Of a stretch of DNA of 64,000 nucleotides, positions 1 through 9,676 are shown one piece after another; the stretch's first letter is position 1, and the number at the start of each line of letters is the position of its first letter. The notes below the pieces were generated by a model. It was not told the DNA's origin, did not search any database, and saw only the letters and a program-made list of their open reading frames with translations. The DNA lies in the NCBI GenBank assembly GCA_963846915.1, contig CAWJXV010000008.1, positions 135,310 through 199,309 on the forward strand, in the 5' to 3' direction. The stretch comes from an uncultured Actinomycetes bacterium (lineage in GTDB: Bacteria; Actinomycetota; Thermoleophilia; Gaiellales; Gaiellaceae). Position numbers and translations under genes: made by a program.

Positions 1-268
1 AGCCCGTCTGGATGTCGCGCGCGAGGTCGGTGCCCGCGTTCATCGTCGAGAACAGCGCGCCCTGGATGAAGGGCACGGCGATCGCGAAGGCGAGGAACGA
101 GTTCGTCGGGAATCCGTGGAGGGCCGTCGACGGCCGCAGGCCCGCCGCGTTCACGGCCACGAGGAGGGTCGGGAAGACGAGCGGCGGAATGACGTAGGCG
201 GGCTGGCGCAGGGTACGCACGATGCTCCGCCGCGCGAGATTGCCGATCTGCGTCCTGGTCGAGCTCAC
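1..268 (-). CDS. ABC-2 type transporter permease, N-terminal part (gene runs off the window start)
   Basis: Reverse-strand reading from GTG at 268 gives (M)SSTRTQIGNLARRSIVRTLRQPAYVIPPLVFPTLLVAVNAAGLRPSTA..., a typical ABC-2/DrrB-like permease N-terminus. Its GTG overlaps the TGA of the upstream ATPase gene (GTGA at 265-268). Absent from the ORF track because it is truncated by the window edge. Confidence 0.7.
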   Translation of the reverse strand, partial: MSSTRTQIGNLARRSIVRTLRQPAYVIPPLVFPTLLVAVNAAGLRPSTALHGFPTNSFLAFAIAVPFIQGALFSTMNAGTDLARDIQTG

Positions 269-1260
269 TTGACGAGCTCGGCCTTCTGCTCCTCTTCCTC
301 CTCCTGCTCTTTCTCCGCGCCTTCGAGCGTTCGACCCGTCTTGGCGAGGAACACGTCGTCGAGGCTCGGCGCATGCAGCTGGAGCTGCTCGACCTCGAGG
401 CCTTCGGCGTCGAGCGCGCGGATCACCTCGGCGAGCCCGATGTCGTCGGCGGAGAGCAGCACGGCGATGCCGTGCGGCGAGCCCTGCGTCAGCTCGCCGA
501 ACTGCGAGAGCACGTCGGCGACCCGGTCGCGCTGCTCGTGATCCTTGGGGACGACGTCGACCGTGGAGCGTGCGATCGTCGCCTTCAGCTCGGTGAGGGT
601 CCCCTCGGCCACGATCTGGCCACGGTCGATGATGCCCACGCGGTCGCAGAGGACGTCGGCCTCCTCGAGGTACTGCGTCGTCAGGAAGACGGTGACGCCG
701 TCCTCCTTGGCGAGTCGCGCCACCTCCTGCCAGAGCGCGCTCCGCGACTGCGGGTCGAGGCCGGTCGTCGGCTCGTCCAGGAAGAGGATGCGAGGACGGT
801 GGACGAGCGCAAGCGCGAGGTCGAGGCGGCGCTTCATCCCGCCGGAGTACGTCTTCACCTTGCGGTCGGCGGCGGCCGTGAGCCCGACGCGCTCGAGCAG
901 CTCGTCGCCGCGCGGCTTGCGCTCCTCGCGCGGCAGGGCGTGGAGAGCCGTCTGAAGCCGCATGTGCTCGCGGCCGGTCAGGATCGGGTCGAGCGCTGCC
1001 TCCTGCAGCGCAGCGCCGATCGCCTTCCGGACGGCCGGGCCCTGCTTGACGATGTCGAACCCCGCGACGGTCGCCGTGCCCGAGCTCGGCGGCAGGAGCG
1101 TCGTCAGCATGTGGACGGTGGTCGATTTTCCCGCGCCGTTCGGGCCGAGGAAGCCGTAGATCTCGCCCTCGTCGACGTGGAGGTCGATGCCGGCGACCGC
1201 GACCACGCCGCTCTTGTACTCGCGGGCAAGCGACCGTGCTTCGATGCCCTTCGGGGCCAT
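265..1260 (-). CDS. ABC transporter ATP-binding protein (DrrA/ABC-2 type)
   Basis: ORF 265..1260. Walker A GPNGAGKST, signature YSGGMKRRL, Walker B ILFLDEPTTGLD. Glu-rich C-terminal tail. Confidence 0.95.
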   Translation of the reverse strand: MAPKGIEARSLAREYKSGVVAVAGIDLHVDEGEIYGFLGPNGAGKSTTVHMLTTLLPPSSGTATVAGFDIVKQGPAVRKAIGAALQEAALDPILTGREHMRLQTALHALPREERKPRGDELLERVGLTAAADRKVKTYSGGMKRRLDLALALVHRPRILFLDEPTTGLDPQSRSALWQEVARLAKEDGVTVFLTTQYLEEADVLCDRVGIIDRGQIVAEGTLTELKATIARSTVDVVPKDHEQRDRVADVLSQFGELTQGSPHGIAVLLSADDIGLAEVIRALDAEGLEVEQLQLHAPSLDDVFLAKTGRTLEGAEKEQEEEEEQKAELVK

Positions 1261-1281
1261 TCGCCGAGCCTACCGGCTCGA

Positions 1282-1989
1282 CTAGAGGTCGCCGCGGTAG
1301 GCCCGTGCCTGCTCGACGAGCTCCTCGAAGAGGCGCAGATCCTCGCCCTCCTCGGGGTGCCAGAGCACGCCGACTGCGAAGCGTCGAGACGGGTCCTCGA
1401 TCGCCTCGACGGTGTCGTCCTCCGCCCGCGCAGCCTCACGAAGCCCGTCCCCGAGCCGACCGTAGCCCTGGTGATGGTGGGACTTGACCGTCGGGCGCTC
1501 GCCGATCAACGGTGCCAGGCACGTGCCTGGCACCGCCTCGACGCCATGCTCCGAGAAGGTGCCCGGCACCTCGCGATGGCCCTCGTGGCCGACACGCTCG
1601 GGCACGTGCTGTTCGAGATCCCCGCCGAGCGCGACGTTCAGCACCTGCGAGCCGCGGCAGACGGCGAGGACGGGCATGTCCCGCTCGAGCGCGGCCGTCA
1701 GCAGGGCCAGCTCGGCACGGTCGCGGCCGGGCCGCGTGCCGAGCGTGGTCGGGTGCGCATCGGCGCCGTACGCCTCGGGGTCGATGTCGGAGCCGCCCGA
1801 GAAGACGATCCCGTCGAGCCGGTCGAGCGTCTCCTCGACGCCGTCCTCGGAGGGCGGGATCAGCAGCGCCCGACCGCCCGCGAGCTCCACCGAGCGCACG
1901 TACGAGAGCGGGATCAGCGCGGCCGGCAGCGTCCAGACACCCCACGTCGCCTCCTCGGCATACGCTGTGATCCCGATGACCGGCCGCAT
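1282..1989 (-). CDS. Class I glutamine amidotransferase / gamma-glutamyl-GABA hydrolase family (peptidase C26, PuuD-like)
   Basis: ORF 1282..2067 trimmed to ATG 1989 (MRPVIGITAYAEE...). Family-typical VLAVCRGSQVLNVALGG (nucleophile Cys), SHHHQGY and WHPE motifs. Confidence 0.85.
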   Translation of the reverse strand: MRPVIGITAYAEEATWGVWTLPAALIPLSYVRSVELAGGRALLIPPSEDGVEETLDRLDGIVFSGGSDIDPEAYGADAHPTTLGTRPGRDRAELALLTAALERDMPVLAVCRGSQVLNVALGGDLEQHVPERVGHEGHREVPGTFSEHGVEAVPGTCLAPLIGERPTVKSHHHQGYGRLGDGLREAARAEDDTVEAIEDPSRRFAVGVLWHPEEGEDLRLFEELVEQARAYRGDL

Positions 1990-2764
1990 CCTGCGATTGT
2001 CGCCGATCGCCCTGGTGCTCGTCGCGGCCGCGTGCGGAGGAGGAGGCGGGTCGAAGACGACGACCACCTCTTCGCCGACGACGACCCCGACGACGACGAC
2101 GGCAACGACTCCGACCGGAACGACGAGCTTCCGCGTCTACTTCCTGCTGAACGGAAAGGTGCAGCCGGTCGCGCGCACGGTGCCGAGCACGAGGGCCGTC
2201 GCGACCGCCGCGTACACGGAGCTCGTGAAGGGACCGACGCTGCAGGAGACGGGGATCGGGCTGACCACGTCGATGCCGGCCGACGCGGGCAGCGGCTGGA
2301 AGATCGGGATCGGCAGCGACGGCCTGCTCACGCTCGACTCCGACCCGCTCGCAGGCGCGGCGCTCGCCCAGGCCGTCTACACGCTGACCCAGTTCCCCGG
2401 GCGGCAGACGGTGGTCGTGAACGGCACGAAGCACACGCGCAACGATTTCGAGGACGTGACCCCCGCGATCCTGGTGGAGCTGCCGCTGCCGTTCGAGCGG
2501 GTCGCAGGCAAGCTCCGGCTCGCCGGCTCGTCGAACACGTTCGAGGCGACGTTCCAGTACGAGCTCGCGGACGCGTCCGGCACGGTGCTCGCGAAGCACT
2601 TCGTCACGGCGACGTCCGGAAACGGCGTCCGTGGCACGTTCGACGTCACGATCCCGTTCACCGTCGCCGGCGTGCAGGACGGCACGCTCGGCGTCTACGA
2701 GAACAGCGCCGCGACGGGAAAACGCGTACACGAGGTCGACATTCCACTGACGCTCCAACCCTGA
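1976..2764 (+). CDS. Lipoprotein with GerMN-like and Gmad2 Ig-like domains
   Basis: In-frame ATG 1976 inside ORF 1484..2764. MTGRILRLSPIALVLVAAACGGGG carries a lipobox Cys and is followed by a Thr/Pro-rich linker. Then FRVYFLLNGKVQPV... (GerMN-like) and a C-terminal Ig-like part (RLAGSSNTFEATFQYEL...GTFDVTIPF). It overlaps the divergent gene's start by 14 nt, so one start could be slightly different. Confidence 0.72.
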   Translation: MTGRILRLSPIALVLVAAACGGGGGSKTTTTSSPTTTPTTTTATTPTGTTSFRVYFLLNGKVQPVARTVPSTRAVATAAYTELVKGPTLQETGIGLTTSMPADAGSGWKIGIGSDGLLTLDSDPLAGAALAQAVYTLTQFPGRQTVVVNGTKHTRNDFEDVTPAILVELPLPFERVAGKLRLAGSSNTFEATFQYELADASGTVLAKHFVTATSGNGVRGTFDVTIPFTVAGVQDGTLGVYENSAATGKRVHEVDIPLTLQP

Positions 2765-2785
2765 TCCGGACGGCAGACTGGTGCG

Positions 2786-5083
2786 GTGAATCTCGCCGCG
2801 CGAGCCGGGCGCTGGAGCGCCGCCCACTGGAAGACCGCGTTCGTCGCCTGGATCTGCTTCGCCGCGGTCTTCTACTTCCTCGGGAACGCCGTCGGCTCGG
2901 TCAAGCTCGCCGACGCGGACACGGGCTCGGGTGAGACGGCACGGGCGCAGTCGATCCTCAAGCACGCGAACTTCACGCAGAGGGCGACCGAGGAGGTGCT
3001 CGTCCAGAGCCCGGCGCTGACCGTCGGCTCGCCCGCGTTCCGCCGGGCGATCCGCGACGTCGAGGCACGGCTACGGACGTTCCCGGTCATCGACCTGATC
3101 CGCTCGCCGCTCGACCCGAGCCGCAAGGGCATGGTCTCCGCCGACCGCCACTCGGCGCTCGTCCAGTTCGAGATGCGCGAGGTCGGCCAGGTCGCGCGCA
3201 AGCACGTCCAGCCGATCCTCGACGCGGTCGCCGCCGAAGAGAACGCGCACCCCGGCTTCAAGATCGAGGAGTTCGGCCTCGCGAGCTCGCAGCATGTCCT
3301 GAACAAGACCGTCGGCGACGACTTCCGCAAGGCGGAGCAGCTCACCGTGCCGATCACGCTGGTGATCCTGCTGTTCGCGTTCGGCGCGCTCGTCGCCGCA
3401 CTGCTCCCGGTCGGCCTCGCGTTCACCGGCTTCCTCGGCGCGCTTGGCTTCGCCGCCGTCGTCAGCCACTTGCAGCCGTCCTCGGACGCGACCAGCTCGG
3501 TGATCCTGCTCATGGGCATGGCGGTCGGCGTCGACTACTCGCTCTTCTATCTCCGGCGTGAGCGCGAGGAGCGGGCGCGCGGGCGGTCGCCACGCTCGGC
3601 GCTCAGCGTGACCGCGGCCACGTCGGGTCAGGCTGTGCTCGTCTCGGGCCTGACCGTCCTGATCGCGATGGCCGGGATGCTGCTCGCGGGCAACCCCGTG
3701 TTCACGTCGATCGGGATCGGGACGATGATCATGATCTCGGTGGCGATCGTCGGCTCGCTGACGATCCTTCCCGCCCTCCTCTCGAAGCTCGGCGACCGGG
3801 TCGACCGCGGCCGCGTTCCGTACGTCTCGCGGTTCGTCCGCGCCGACGGCGAGTCGCGCTTCTGGGGCGCGGTCGTCTCGGCCGTGATGCGGCGCCCGCT
3901 CGTCTCGCTCCTGCTGGCCGTGGCCGCGCTGCTCGCGATCGCCCTCCCGGCGACCGGCATGCACACCCGACTCCTGAGCTATACCGACCTGCCCCAGAAC
4001 CTGCCGGTGATCAAGGCCTACGCGGACATCCAGGCGGCCTTCCCGGGCGCTCAGACACCGGCCGAGATCGTCGTCAAGGCGCCGAACGTGCGCGCGCCGA
4101 AGGTCGTCGCCGCCGGGGAGGAGCTGGTCAGGCGGGCGCTCGCGACGCCGGACATGAAGCTGCCAGTCTCGGCGACAGTCAGCCCGGACGGAACCGTCGC
4201 CCGGATCAACATCCCGCTCGTCGGCAACGGCACCGACGCGAGCTCGGACCGCGCCCTCCAGCTGCTGCGCGGGAAGCTGATCCCCGAGACGCTTGGCAAA
4301 GTGCCGGACGTCGAGACCGCCGTGACCGGGATCACCGCCGGCACGAAGGACTTCAACGACCAGATGAAGAGCCGAGCGCCCCTCATCTTCGCGTTCGTGC
4401 TCGGGCTGGCGTTCTGCCTGCTCCTGCTCACCTTCCGCTCGATCGTGATCCCGATCAAGGCGATCCTGCTCAACCTGATCTCGGTCTTCGCCGCCTACGG
4501 CGCGCTGGTGCTGATCTTCCAGCACCACTGGGCGGAGGGCATCCTCGGCTTCCGCTCGAACGGCGCCGTCGTCTCGTGGCTTCCGATGTTCCTGTTCGTC
4601 GTCCTCTTCGCCCTGTCGATGGACTACCACATCTTCATCCTCACCCGGGTCAAGGAGCTCGTCGACGGAGGCGTGCCCACCGAGGAGGCCGTCGAGCGCG
4701 CCGTCAAGAGCACGGCCGGGACGGTGACGAGCGCGGCCGTCGTCATGGTCGCCGTCTTCGCGGTCTTCGCCACACTCCGCTCGCTCGACATCAAGCAGAT
4801 GGGCGTCGGCCTCGCGATCGCCGTCTTCCTGGATGCGACGATCGTGCGCGCCGTGCTGCTCCCGGCGGGGATGAAGCTGCTCGGCGACTGGAACTGGTAC
4901 CTGCCCCGCTGGCTCGACTGGCTGCCCTCGCTGTCGGCCGGCAGTCGGCCGGCGCCGCGTTCAGCGGACGAACTCGACCTCGCCGGACTCGACGGGGCGG
5001 CCGTCGACGATCAGCCGGCCCGCGCGGTCGAGCCCGCCGCCCACGCCTTCGAGGCCGTTGACCGAGACGCGGCGGCCACGTAG
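2786..5083 (+). CDS. MMPL family (RND superfamily) transporter
   Basis: ORF 2786..5083 (765 aa, GTG start). Two blocks of transmembrane helices separated by soluble loops. MMPL-typical stretches VILLMGMAVGVDYSLFYLRRERE and FALSMDYHIFILTRVKE. The 3' tail overlaps convergent birA by 123 nt. Confidence 0.9.
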   Translation: MNLAARAGRWSAAHWKTAFVAWICFAAVFYFLGNAVGSVKLADADTGSGETARAQSILKHANFTQRATEEVLVQSPALTVGSPAFRRAIRDVEARLRTFPVIDLIRSPLDPSRKGMVSADRHSALVQFEMREVGQVARKHVQPILDAVAAEENAHPGFKIEEFGLASSQHVLNKTVGDDFRKAEQLTVPITLVILLFAFGALVAALLPVGLAFTGFLGALGFAAVVSHLQPSSDATSSVILLMGMAVGVDYSLFYLRREREERARGRSPRSALSVTAATSGQAVLVSGLTVLIAMAGMLLAGNPVFTSIGIGTMIMISVAIVGSLTILPALLSKLGDRVDRGRVPYVSRFVRADGESRFWGAVVSAVMRRPLVSLLLAVAALLAIALPATGMHTRLLSYTDLPQNLPVIKAYADIQAAFPGAQTPAEIVVKAPNVRAPKVVAAGEELVRRALATPDMKLPVSATVSPDGTVARINIPLVGNGTDASSDRALQLLRGKLIPETLGKVPDVETAVTGITAGTKDFNDQMKSRAPLIFAFVLGLAFCLLLLTFRSIVIPIKAILLNLISVFAAYGALVLIFQHHWAEGILGFRSNGAVVSWLPMFLFVVLFALSMDYHIFILTRVKELVDGGVPTEEAVERAVKSTAGTVTSAAVVMVAVFAVFATLRSLDIKQMGVGLAIAVFLDATIVRAVLLPAGMKLLGDWNWYLPRWLDWLPSLSAGSRPAPRSADELDLAGLDGAAVDDQPARAVEPAAHAFEAVDRDAAAT

Positions 5084-5695
5084 AAAGTCACGCGAGCCGA
5101 TCCCGTCGAACACCGCGTCGAGCCCGCCCGCCACCCAGGCGTCGTAGTGCGCCTCGAGGCGGGTGAGCAGATCGGCGAGAAGCGAAGCCCGATCCCGCTC
5201 GACGCCGTCAACGGTGCGAAGCGAGGCCGCCGGAACACGCGCGTCCTCCGGAAGCTGCTCGCGCGTCTGGTTGACGTTGAGGCCGATCCCGAGCACGACG
5301 ATCCCGTCGCGCGCCTCGGCGAGCACGCCCGCGACCTTGCTCCGGTTGACCATGACGTCGTTCGGCCACTTGATCTGCGCCGAGAGGTCGAGCGCCTCCT
5401 CGACGGTCTCCGCGACGGCGAGGCCGCCGACGAGCGAGAGCTGCTGGATCGGCGCGCCTCGGGGCGGGCGGAGCAGCACCGAGGCGGTGATCGCGGTGCC
5501 GGGCGGCGCCGCCCAGCGGCGGCCGAGCCTGCCCCGGCCCGCGGTCTGGTGGTCGGCGGCCGCAACGGCTCCCTCCTCGTCGTCCAGGCCGAGAAGCGCC
5601 TGCGTCGTCTCGGCTTCGCCCGCGTAGCGGTACGGCCGGCCGAAGCGTCCCGTGAGCAGCGGCTCGACGGCCGGCGGAGCGAGCGAGTCCGCCAT
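4961..5695 (-). CDS. birA: Biotin--[acetyl-CoA-carboxylase] ligase
   Basis: C-terminal 244 aa of ORF 4961..6634, starting at ATG 5695 (MADSLAPP...). BirA motif HQTAGRGRLGRRW, then KWPNDV. The ATG overlaps the upstream gene's stop (ATGA). Confidence 0.85.
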   Translation of the reverse strand: MADSLAPPAVEPLLTGRFGRPYRYAGEAETTQALLGLDDEEGAVAAADHQTAGRGRLGRRWAAPPGTAITASVLLRPPRGAPIQQLSLVGGLAVAETVEEALDLSAQIKWPNDVMVNRSKVAGVLAEARDGIVVLGIGLNVNQTREQLPEDARVPAASLRTVDGVERDRASLLADLLTRLEAHYDAWVAGGLDAVFDGIGSRDFLRGRRVSVNGLEGVGGGLDRAGRLIVDGRPVESGEVEFVR

Positions 5696-6825
5696 CAGTG
5701 GAACTCGATCACGGTGCGGATGCCTTCCTGGCGCTCCATCGCGTGGAAGGCGTCGTTCACGTCGTCGAGGGCGACCCGGCTCGTGACGAGGCGGTCGACG
5801 TCGATCTCGCCGGCCAGCCAGCGGTCGACGAGCTGCGGGACCTGCGAGCGGCCCTTGACGCCGCCGAACGACGTTCCGGCCACGCGGCGGCCCGTGATCA
5901 GGAGGCGCGGAACGACGTCGAGTGTCTCGCCCTTGCCGGCGACGCCGCACATCGTCGCGAGACCCCAGGCCTCGCGCGCCGCCTCGGCGGCCTGCCGCAT
6001 CACCGCGACGTTGCCGGTCGCCTCGAAGGTGTAGTCGGCGCCGAAGCCGCCGGTCTCGCCGCGGATCCAGTCGACCGTGTCCTCGGCGGCGACACGCGTG
6101 TCGGTGGCTCCGTGGTGGCGCGCTTCCGAAAGCCGACCCTCGGAGAGATCGACCGCGACGACCCGCTCGGCGCCGGCGAGGCGGCAGCCGATCACGCAGC
6201 CGAGCCCGACGAGCCCGCAGCCGAAGACGACACAGGTCGAGCCGGGCTCGACCTTCGCCGTGTAGAGCGCGGCGCCGATGCCGGTCGAGAGGCCGCACGC
6301 GAACGGCGCGCAGCCGGCGAGCGGCGCCTCGCCGCTGACTTTCGCGAGCGCGATCTCGGGGATGACGGCGTACTCGGCGAACGTGGACGTGCCCATGAAG
6401 TGGCGTAGCGGCTCGCCGTCCCGCTCGAGCCGCGCGGTGCCGTCGGGCAGGAAGCCGAGGCCTTGCTGGTCGCGGATCGCGACGCAGCGGTTCGTCCGCG
6501 GGCTCAGGCAGTGAACGCACTCGCCGCACTCGGGCGCGAAGAGCGTCACGACGTGGTCGCCGGGAGCGACAAGGCTGCGGCCGCCCTCGCCGACGCGCTC
6601 GACGACGCCGGCGCCCTCGTGCCCGAGGACGCACGGCGCGTAGCCGGTCGGGTCGGCGCCTGATGCCGTGTACAGGTCGGTGTGGCAGACGCCGCAGGCG
6701 GCGAGCCGGACGAGCGCCTCACCAGCCTTCGGCTCGTTCAGCTCGACGTCCTGGACGACGAGCGGCTGGCCGAACTCCTCCAGCACCGCGGCGCGGATCC
6801 TCACGGTGCCAAGCGTAATCGCCAA
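5695..6825 (-). CDS. Zinc-dependent alcohol dehydrogenase, class III / NDMA- or mycothiol-dependent type
   Basis: ORF 5695..6825. CGVCHTDL, GHEGAGVVE, structural-zinc Cys cluster CGECVHC, Rossmann motif VFGCGLVGLG. The start could instead be GTG 6804 (VRIRAAVLEEF). Confidence 0.9.
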   Translation of the reverse strand: MAITLGTVRIRAAVLEEFGQPLVVQDVELNEPKAGEALVRLAACGVCHTDLYTASGADPTGYAPCVLGHEGAGVVERVGEGGRSLVAPGDHVVTLFAPECGECVHCLSPRTNRCVAIRDQQGLGFLPDGTARLERDGEPLRHFMGTSTFAEYAVIPEIALAKVSGEAPLAGCAPFACGLSTGIGAALYTAKVEPGSTCVVFGCGLVGLGCVIGCRLAGAERVVAVDLSEGRLSEARHHGATDTRVAAEDTVDWIRGETGGFGADYTFEATGNVAVMRQAAEAAREAWGLATMCGVAGKGETLDVVPRLLITGRRVAGTSFGGVKGRSQVPQLVDRWLAGEIDVDRLVTSRVALDDVNDAFHAMERQEGIRTVIEFH

Positions 6826-6928
6826 CCGTTGGCCGCCGCGACCGGCGTGACGGGCGCGGCTCGTTGCGGCGAGGCTACGGGGTCTGGGGGAACCCCAGAG
6901 GCGCAGCGCCGGATTGGCGCCAGCCAGG

Positions 6929-9664
6929 CTAGATCGGCTCGACGCGGACGGCGCTGACCTTGTACTCGGGCGTGCCGATCAGCGGGTCGCCCACGTCGTG
7001 CGTCAGCCAGTTCACCTTCGCCTGCGCGAAGTGGAGCGCCATCCAGACGAGACCCGGGTACACGCGGTCGGTGATGCTCGCGCGCGCCTCGAGGTCGCCG
7101 CGGCGAGACACCAGCCGCGCCCAGTCCCCGTCGGCGAGGCCCAGGGCGGACGCATCCTCGGCGGAGATCTCGAAGAACGGATCCTCCTGCTTGTCGGTGA
7201 TGCCCGCTTCCCGCATCGTCATCGTGGCCGAGTTGTAGTGGTAGAGCGTGCGCCCGGTCGAGAGCGTCAGCGGATACTCGTTGTCGGGAAGCTCGATCGG
7301 CGGCTGGTACTCGACCGGCCAGAGCTTGCCCTTGCCGTTCGGCCGTGACGGTCGCGGCGCGTGCAGGATCTTCGACCCGGGGTCGTCGCGGTCGAGGCAC
7401 GGCCACTGGATCCCTTGCTCCTCGAGCCGGTCGTAGCGGATCCCGTACCAGTTCGGCGAGAGGTCGGCGAGCTCGTTCCAGACCGACTCGGCGTCCGGGT
7501 ACGCGGGCCACGACGCGCCCATCGCACGCGCCAGCCCGACGACGATGTCCCGGTCGACCCGCGCCTCGCCGGGACACGGCACGCCGGCGCGGACGCGGTT
7601 CACGCGCCGCTCCGTGTTCGTGAACGTCCCGTCCTTCTCGGCGAAGCTCGACGCCGGGAAGACGACGTCGGCGTGCGCGGCCGTGAGTTCGTTCAGGAAG
7701 AGATCCTGCGCGACGACGAAGTCGAGATGCTCGAAGCCCTCCTCGACGTGCTTCGCGTTCGGCTCCGTGTGTGCGGGATTCTCGCCGACGAGGTACAGCG
7801 CCTTGATCCGTCCGTCGTGGAGGCCGGAGATCATCTGGTCGAGTCGGTAGCCGAGCGTCTCGGGCACGTCCACGCCCCACGCCGCAGCAAACTTGGCGCG
7901 TACCTCCGGGTCGTCAGCGGCCTGGTAGCCGGGGTAATAGGCCGGGTTGGCGCCCGAGTCGTTCAGGCCCTGGACGTTGTTCTGGCCGCGCAGCGCGTTG
8001 AGCCCGGTCGATTCGTAGCCGAGGTGGCCGGTCGCGAGCACCAGGTTCGAGAGCGACCAGATGTTGTCGACGGCGCAGGCGTGCTCGGTGATGCCAAGCG
8101 TGTAGAAGATCGCCGCGTACCGCTCTGACGCGTACTCGCGCGCCGTGGCGCGGATGTCCTCGGCCGGCACGCCCGTGACCTTCTCGGCCGCCTCCGGTGT
8201 GTAGCGCCGGACGATCTCGCGTACCGCGTCGACGCCCTCCGTGTGCTCGGCGAGGTACTCGTCGTTCTGCAGGCCCTCCTCGAAGATCACGTGCAGCATC
8301 GCGTTGATCAGCCAGACGTCCGAGCCCGGCCGCAGCTGCAGGTGGCGCTTGGCGATCTTCGTCAGCCAGATCTTCCGCGGGTCGGCCACGACCAGCGTCG
8401 CTCCCCTCCGCACCGCCTTCTTCATTCGCAGCGCGAGCACGGGGTGCGCCTCGGTCGTGTTCGAGCCGATCACGAGCAGGAAGCGACAGTCCTCGATCTC
8501 CGGGATCGAGTTGGTGCTGGCTCCTCTGCCCAACGACCTGACCAGGCCGTAAAGAGTCGGCGCGTGTCAGGTGGCTTCGCAGGAGTGGATCGAGTTGGTC
8601 CCGATCACCCCCCGCGCCAGCTTCTGCAGCAGGTAGTTCTCCTCGTTCGTCAGGCGCGCCGACGCGAGGATGCCGATCGACTGCGGGCCGTGTCGCTCGC
8701 GGACGAGGGACAGACCCTCGGCCGCGGCCCGGAGAGCCGTGTCCCAGTCGGCCGGGTGGAGCTCGCCGTCCTCGCCGCGGACGAGGGGCTGCGTCAACCG
8801 GTCCGGATGGTGGACGAAGTTGAAGGCGAAACGGCCCTTCACGCAGAGGTTGCCGTCGTTCGAGACGTAGCCCGGGTCGGACGTGACCTTGACGATTCGC
8901 TCGGTCTTCGGGTCGACGTTGAGGTCGATCTGGCACCCGACGCCGCAGAACGTGCAGGTCGTCTTCGTCTTGACGAGCGCCTGCTCGTGCCCGGCCGGCG
9001 CGCCCGCGAGGAACTGCTCGTGGATCGCCCCGGTCGGGCACACCGAGAGGCAGCCGCCGCAGAGCTCGCACTCGGTGTCGAGCCAGGAGTGGCCGTGCGT
9101 CGGCACGACGCGGGCCTCGGCACCGCGCCCCTCGAACACGAGCGCCGAGCACTGCATGACCTCCTGCGTGTAGCGCACGCAGCGGTTGCAGAGGATGCAC
9201 GCGTCGGGGTCGTAGCCCATGAGCTTGTTGCGGTCCGAGTACTGCTCGCGGCCTGCGTCGGGGAGCAGGAACGGCGCCTGCGCGTCGAGCTCCTCGGCAA
9301 GGTCGGTGAGCTCGTTCGGCCGCCCGCCCGGGCTCGGGCTCAGATGCTCGGCGAGCAGCATCTCGGTCAGCGTCTTCCGGAGCGCGCCGTTCTCGCCGTT
9401 GGTCGAGACGACCATTCCCTCGCGCACCCGTTGCGCGCACGCGGGCACGGGACGCGGTGCGCCCTCGAGGTCGACGAGGCACATGCGGCAGCCCCCGTAG
9501 GGGTCGAGCTTGTCGTCGTGGCAGAGAGTCGGGATGAAGGTGCCGACGCGCGCGGCGGCGTGCACGAGCAGCTCGCCCTCCTGGGCCGAGATCCGCTTCC
9601 CGTCGAGGGTGAACTCGACCACGGCCTGATCGTACTCCGCCGGGCCGGCGCCCACGATGCGCAT
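6929..9664 (-). CDS. fdhA: Formate dehydrogenase alpha subunit (NuoG-like N-terminus, molybdopterin enzyme) with in-frame UGA read as selenocysteine
   Basis: ORFs 8567..9910 and 6929..8533 are in the same frame and separated only by TGA (8567-8569). The joined sequence ...GTNSIHSCEAT-U-HAPTLYGLVRSLGRGASTNSIPEIEDCRFLLVIGSNTTEAHPV matches the FDH active-site region (E. coli FdhF ...ARV-U-HGPSVAGL...). The N-terminus has 2Fe-2S and 4Fe-4S Cys clusters (CRMC, CILCNRCVRYT, CELCGGCLSVCP). Start placed at ATG 9664 (MRIVGAGPAEYDQAVVEFTLDGK). Confidence 0.85.
8530..8569 (-). promoter_or_regulatory. UGA(Sec) codon plus candidate bacterial SECIS hairpin
   Basis: mRNA after the UGA reads CACGCGCCGACUCUUUACGGCCUGGUCAGGUCGUUGGGC. 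By-eye fold: inner stem GGCCU/AGGUC closing a GGUC loop, and outer helix CCGAC/GUUGG (with G-U pairs). No energy calculation was done. Confidence 0.45.
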
Positions 9665-9676
9665 AGACTCGCGCAG

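Noticed and set aside
373-2934. Very long ORFs in the track that cross several genes or lie antisense to them. Examples: 373..2934, 1436..2965, 3071..4630, 8243..10465 (5' part), 11164..12858, 15195..18293, 38933..40678, 42559..44637, 47667..50264, 50583..53867 as one protein, 54185..56662.
   Set aside because: Their translations are Arg/Ala/Pro/Gly-rich low-complexity strings with no motifs. They overlap genes that have strong family signatures. This is expected in roughly 70 percent GC DNA, where stop codons are rare in non-coding frames.
4961-5083. Convergent 3' overlaps (MMPL/birA 123 nt; MFS/PhzF-like 78 nt at 44644-44721), considered as possible antisense regulation.
   Set aside because: The overlapping tails are non-conserved extensions beyond the recognisable domains. 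They are most simply late stop codons in GC-rich sequence. No structure or motif supports a regulatory role.
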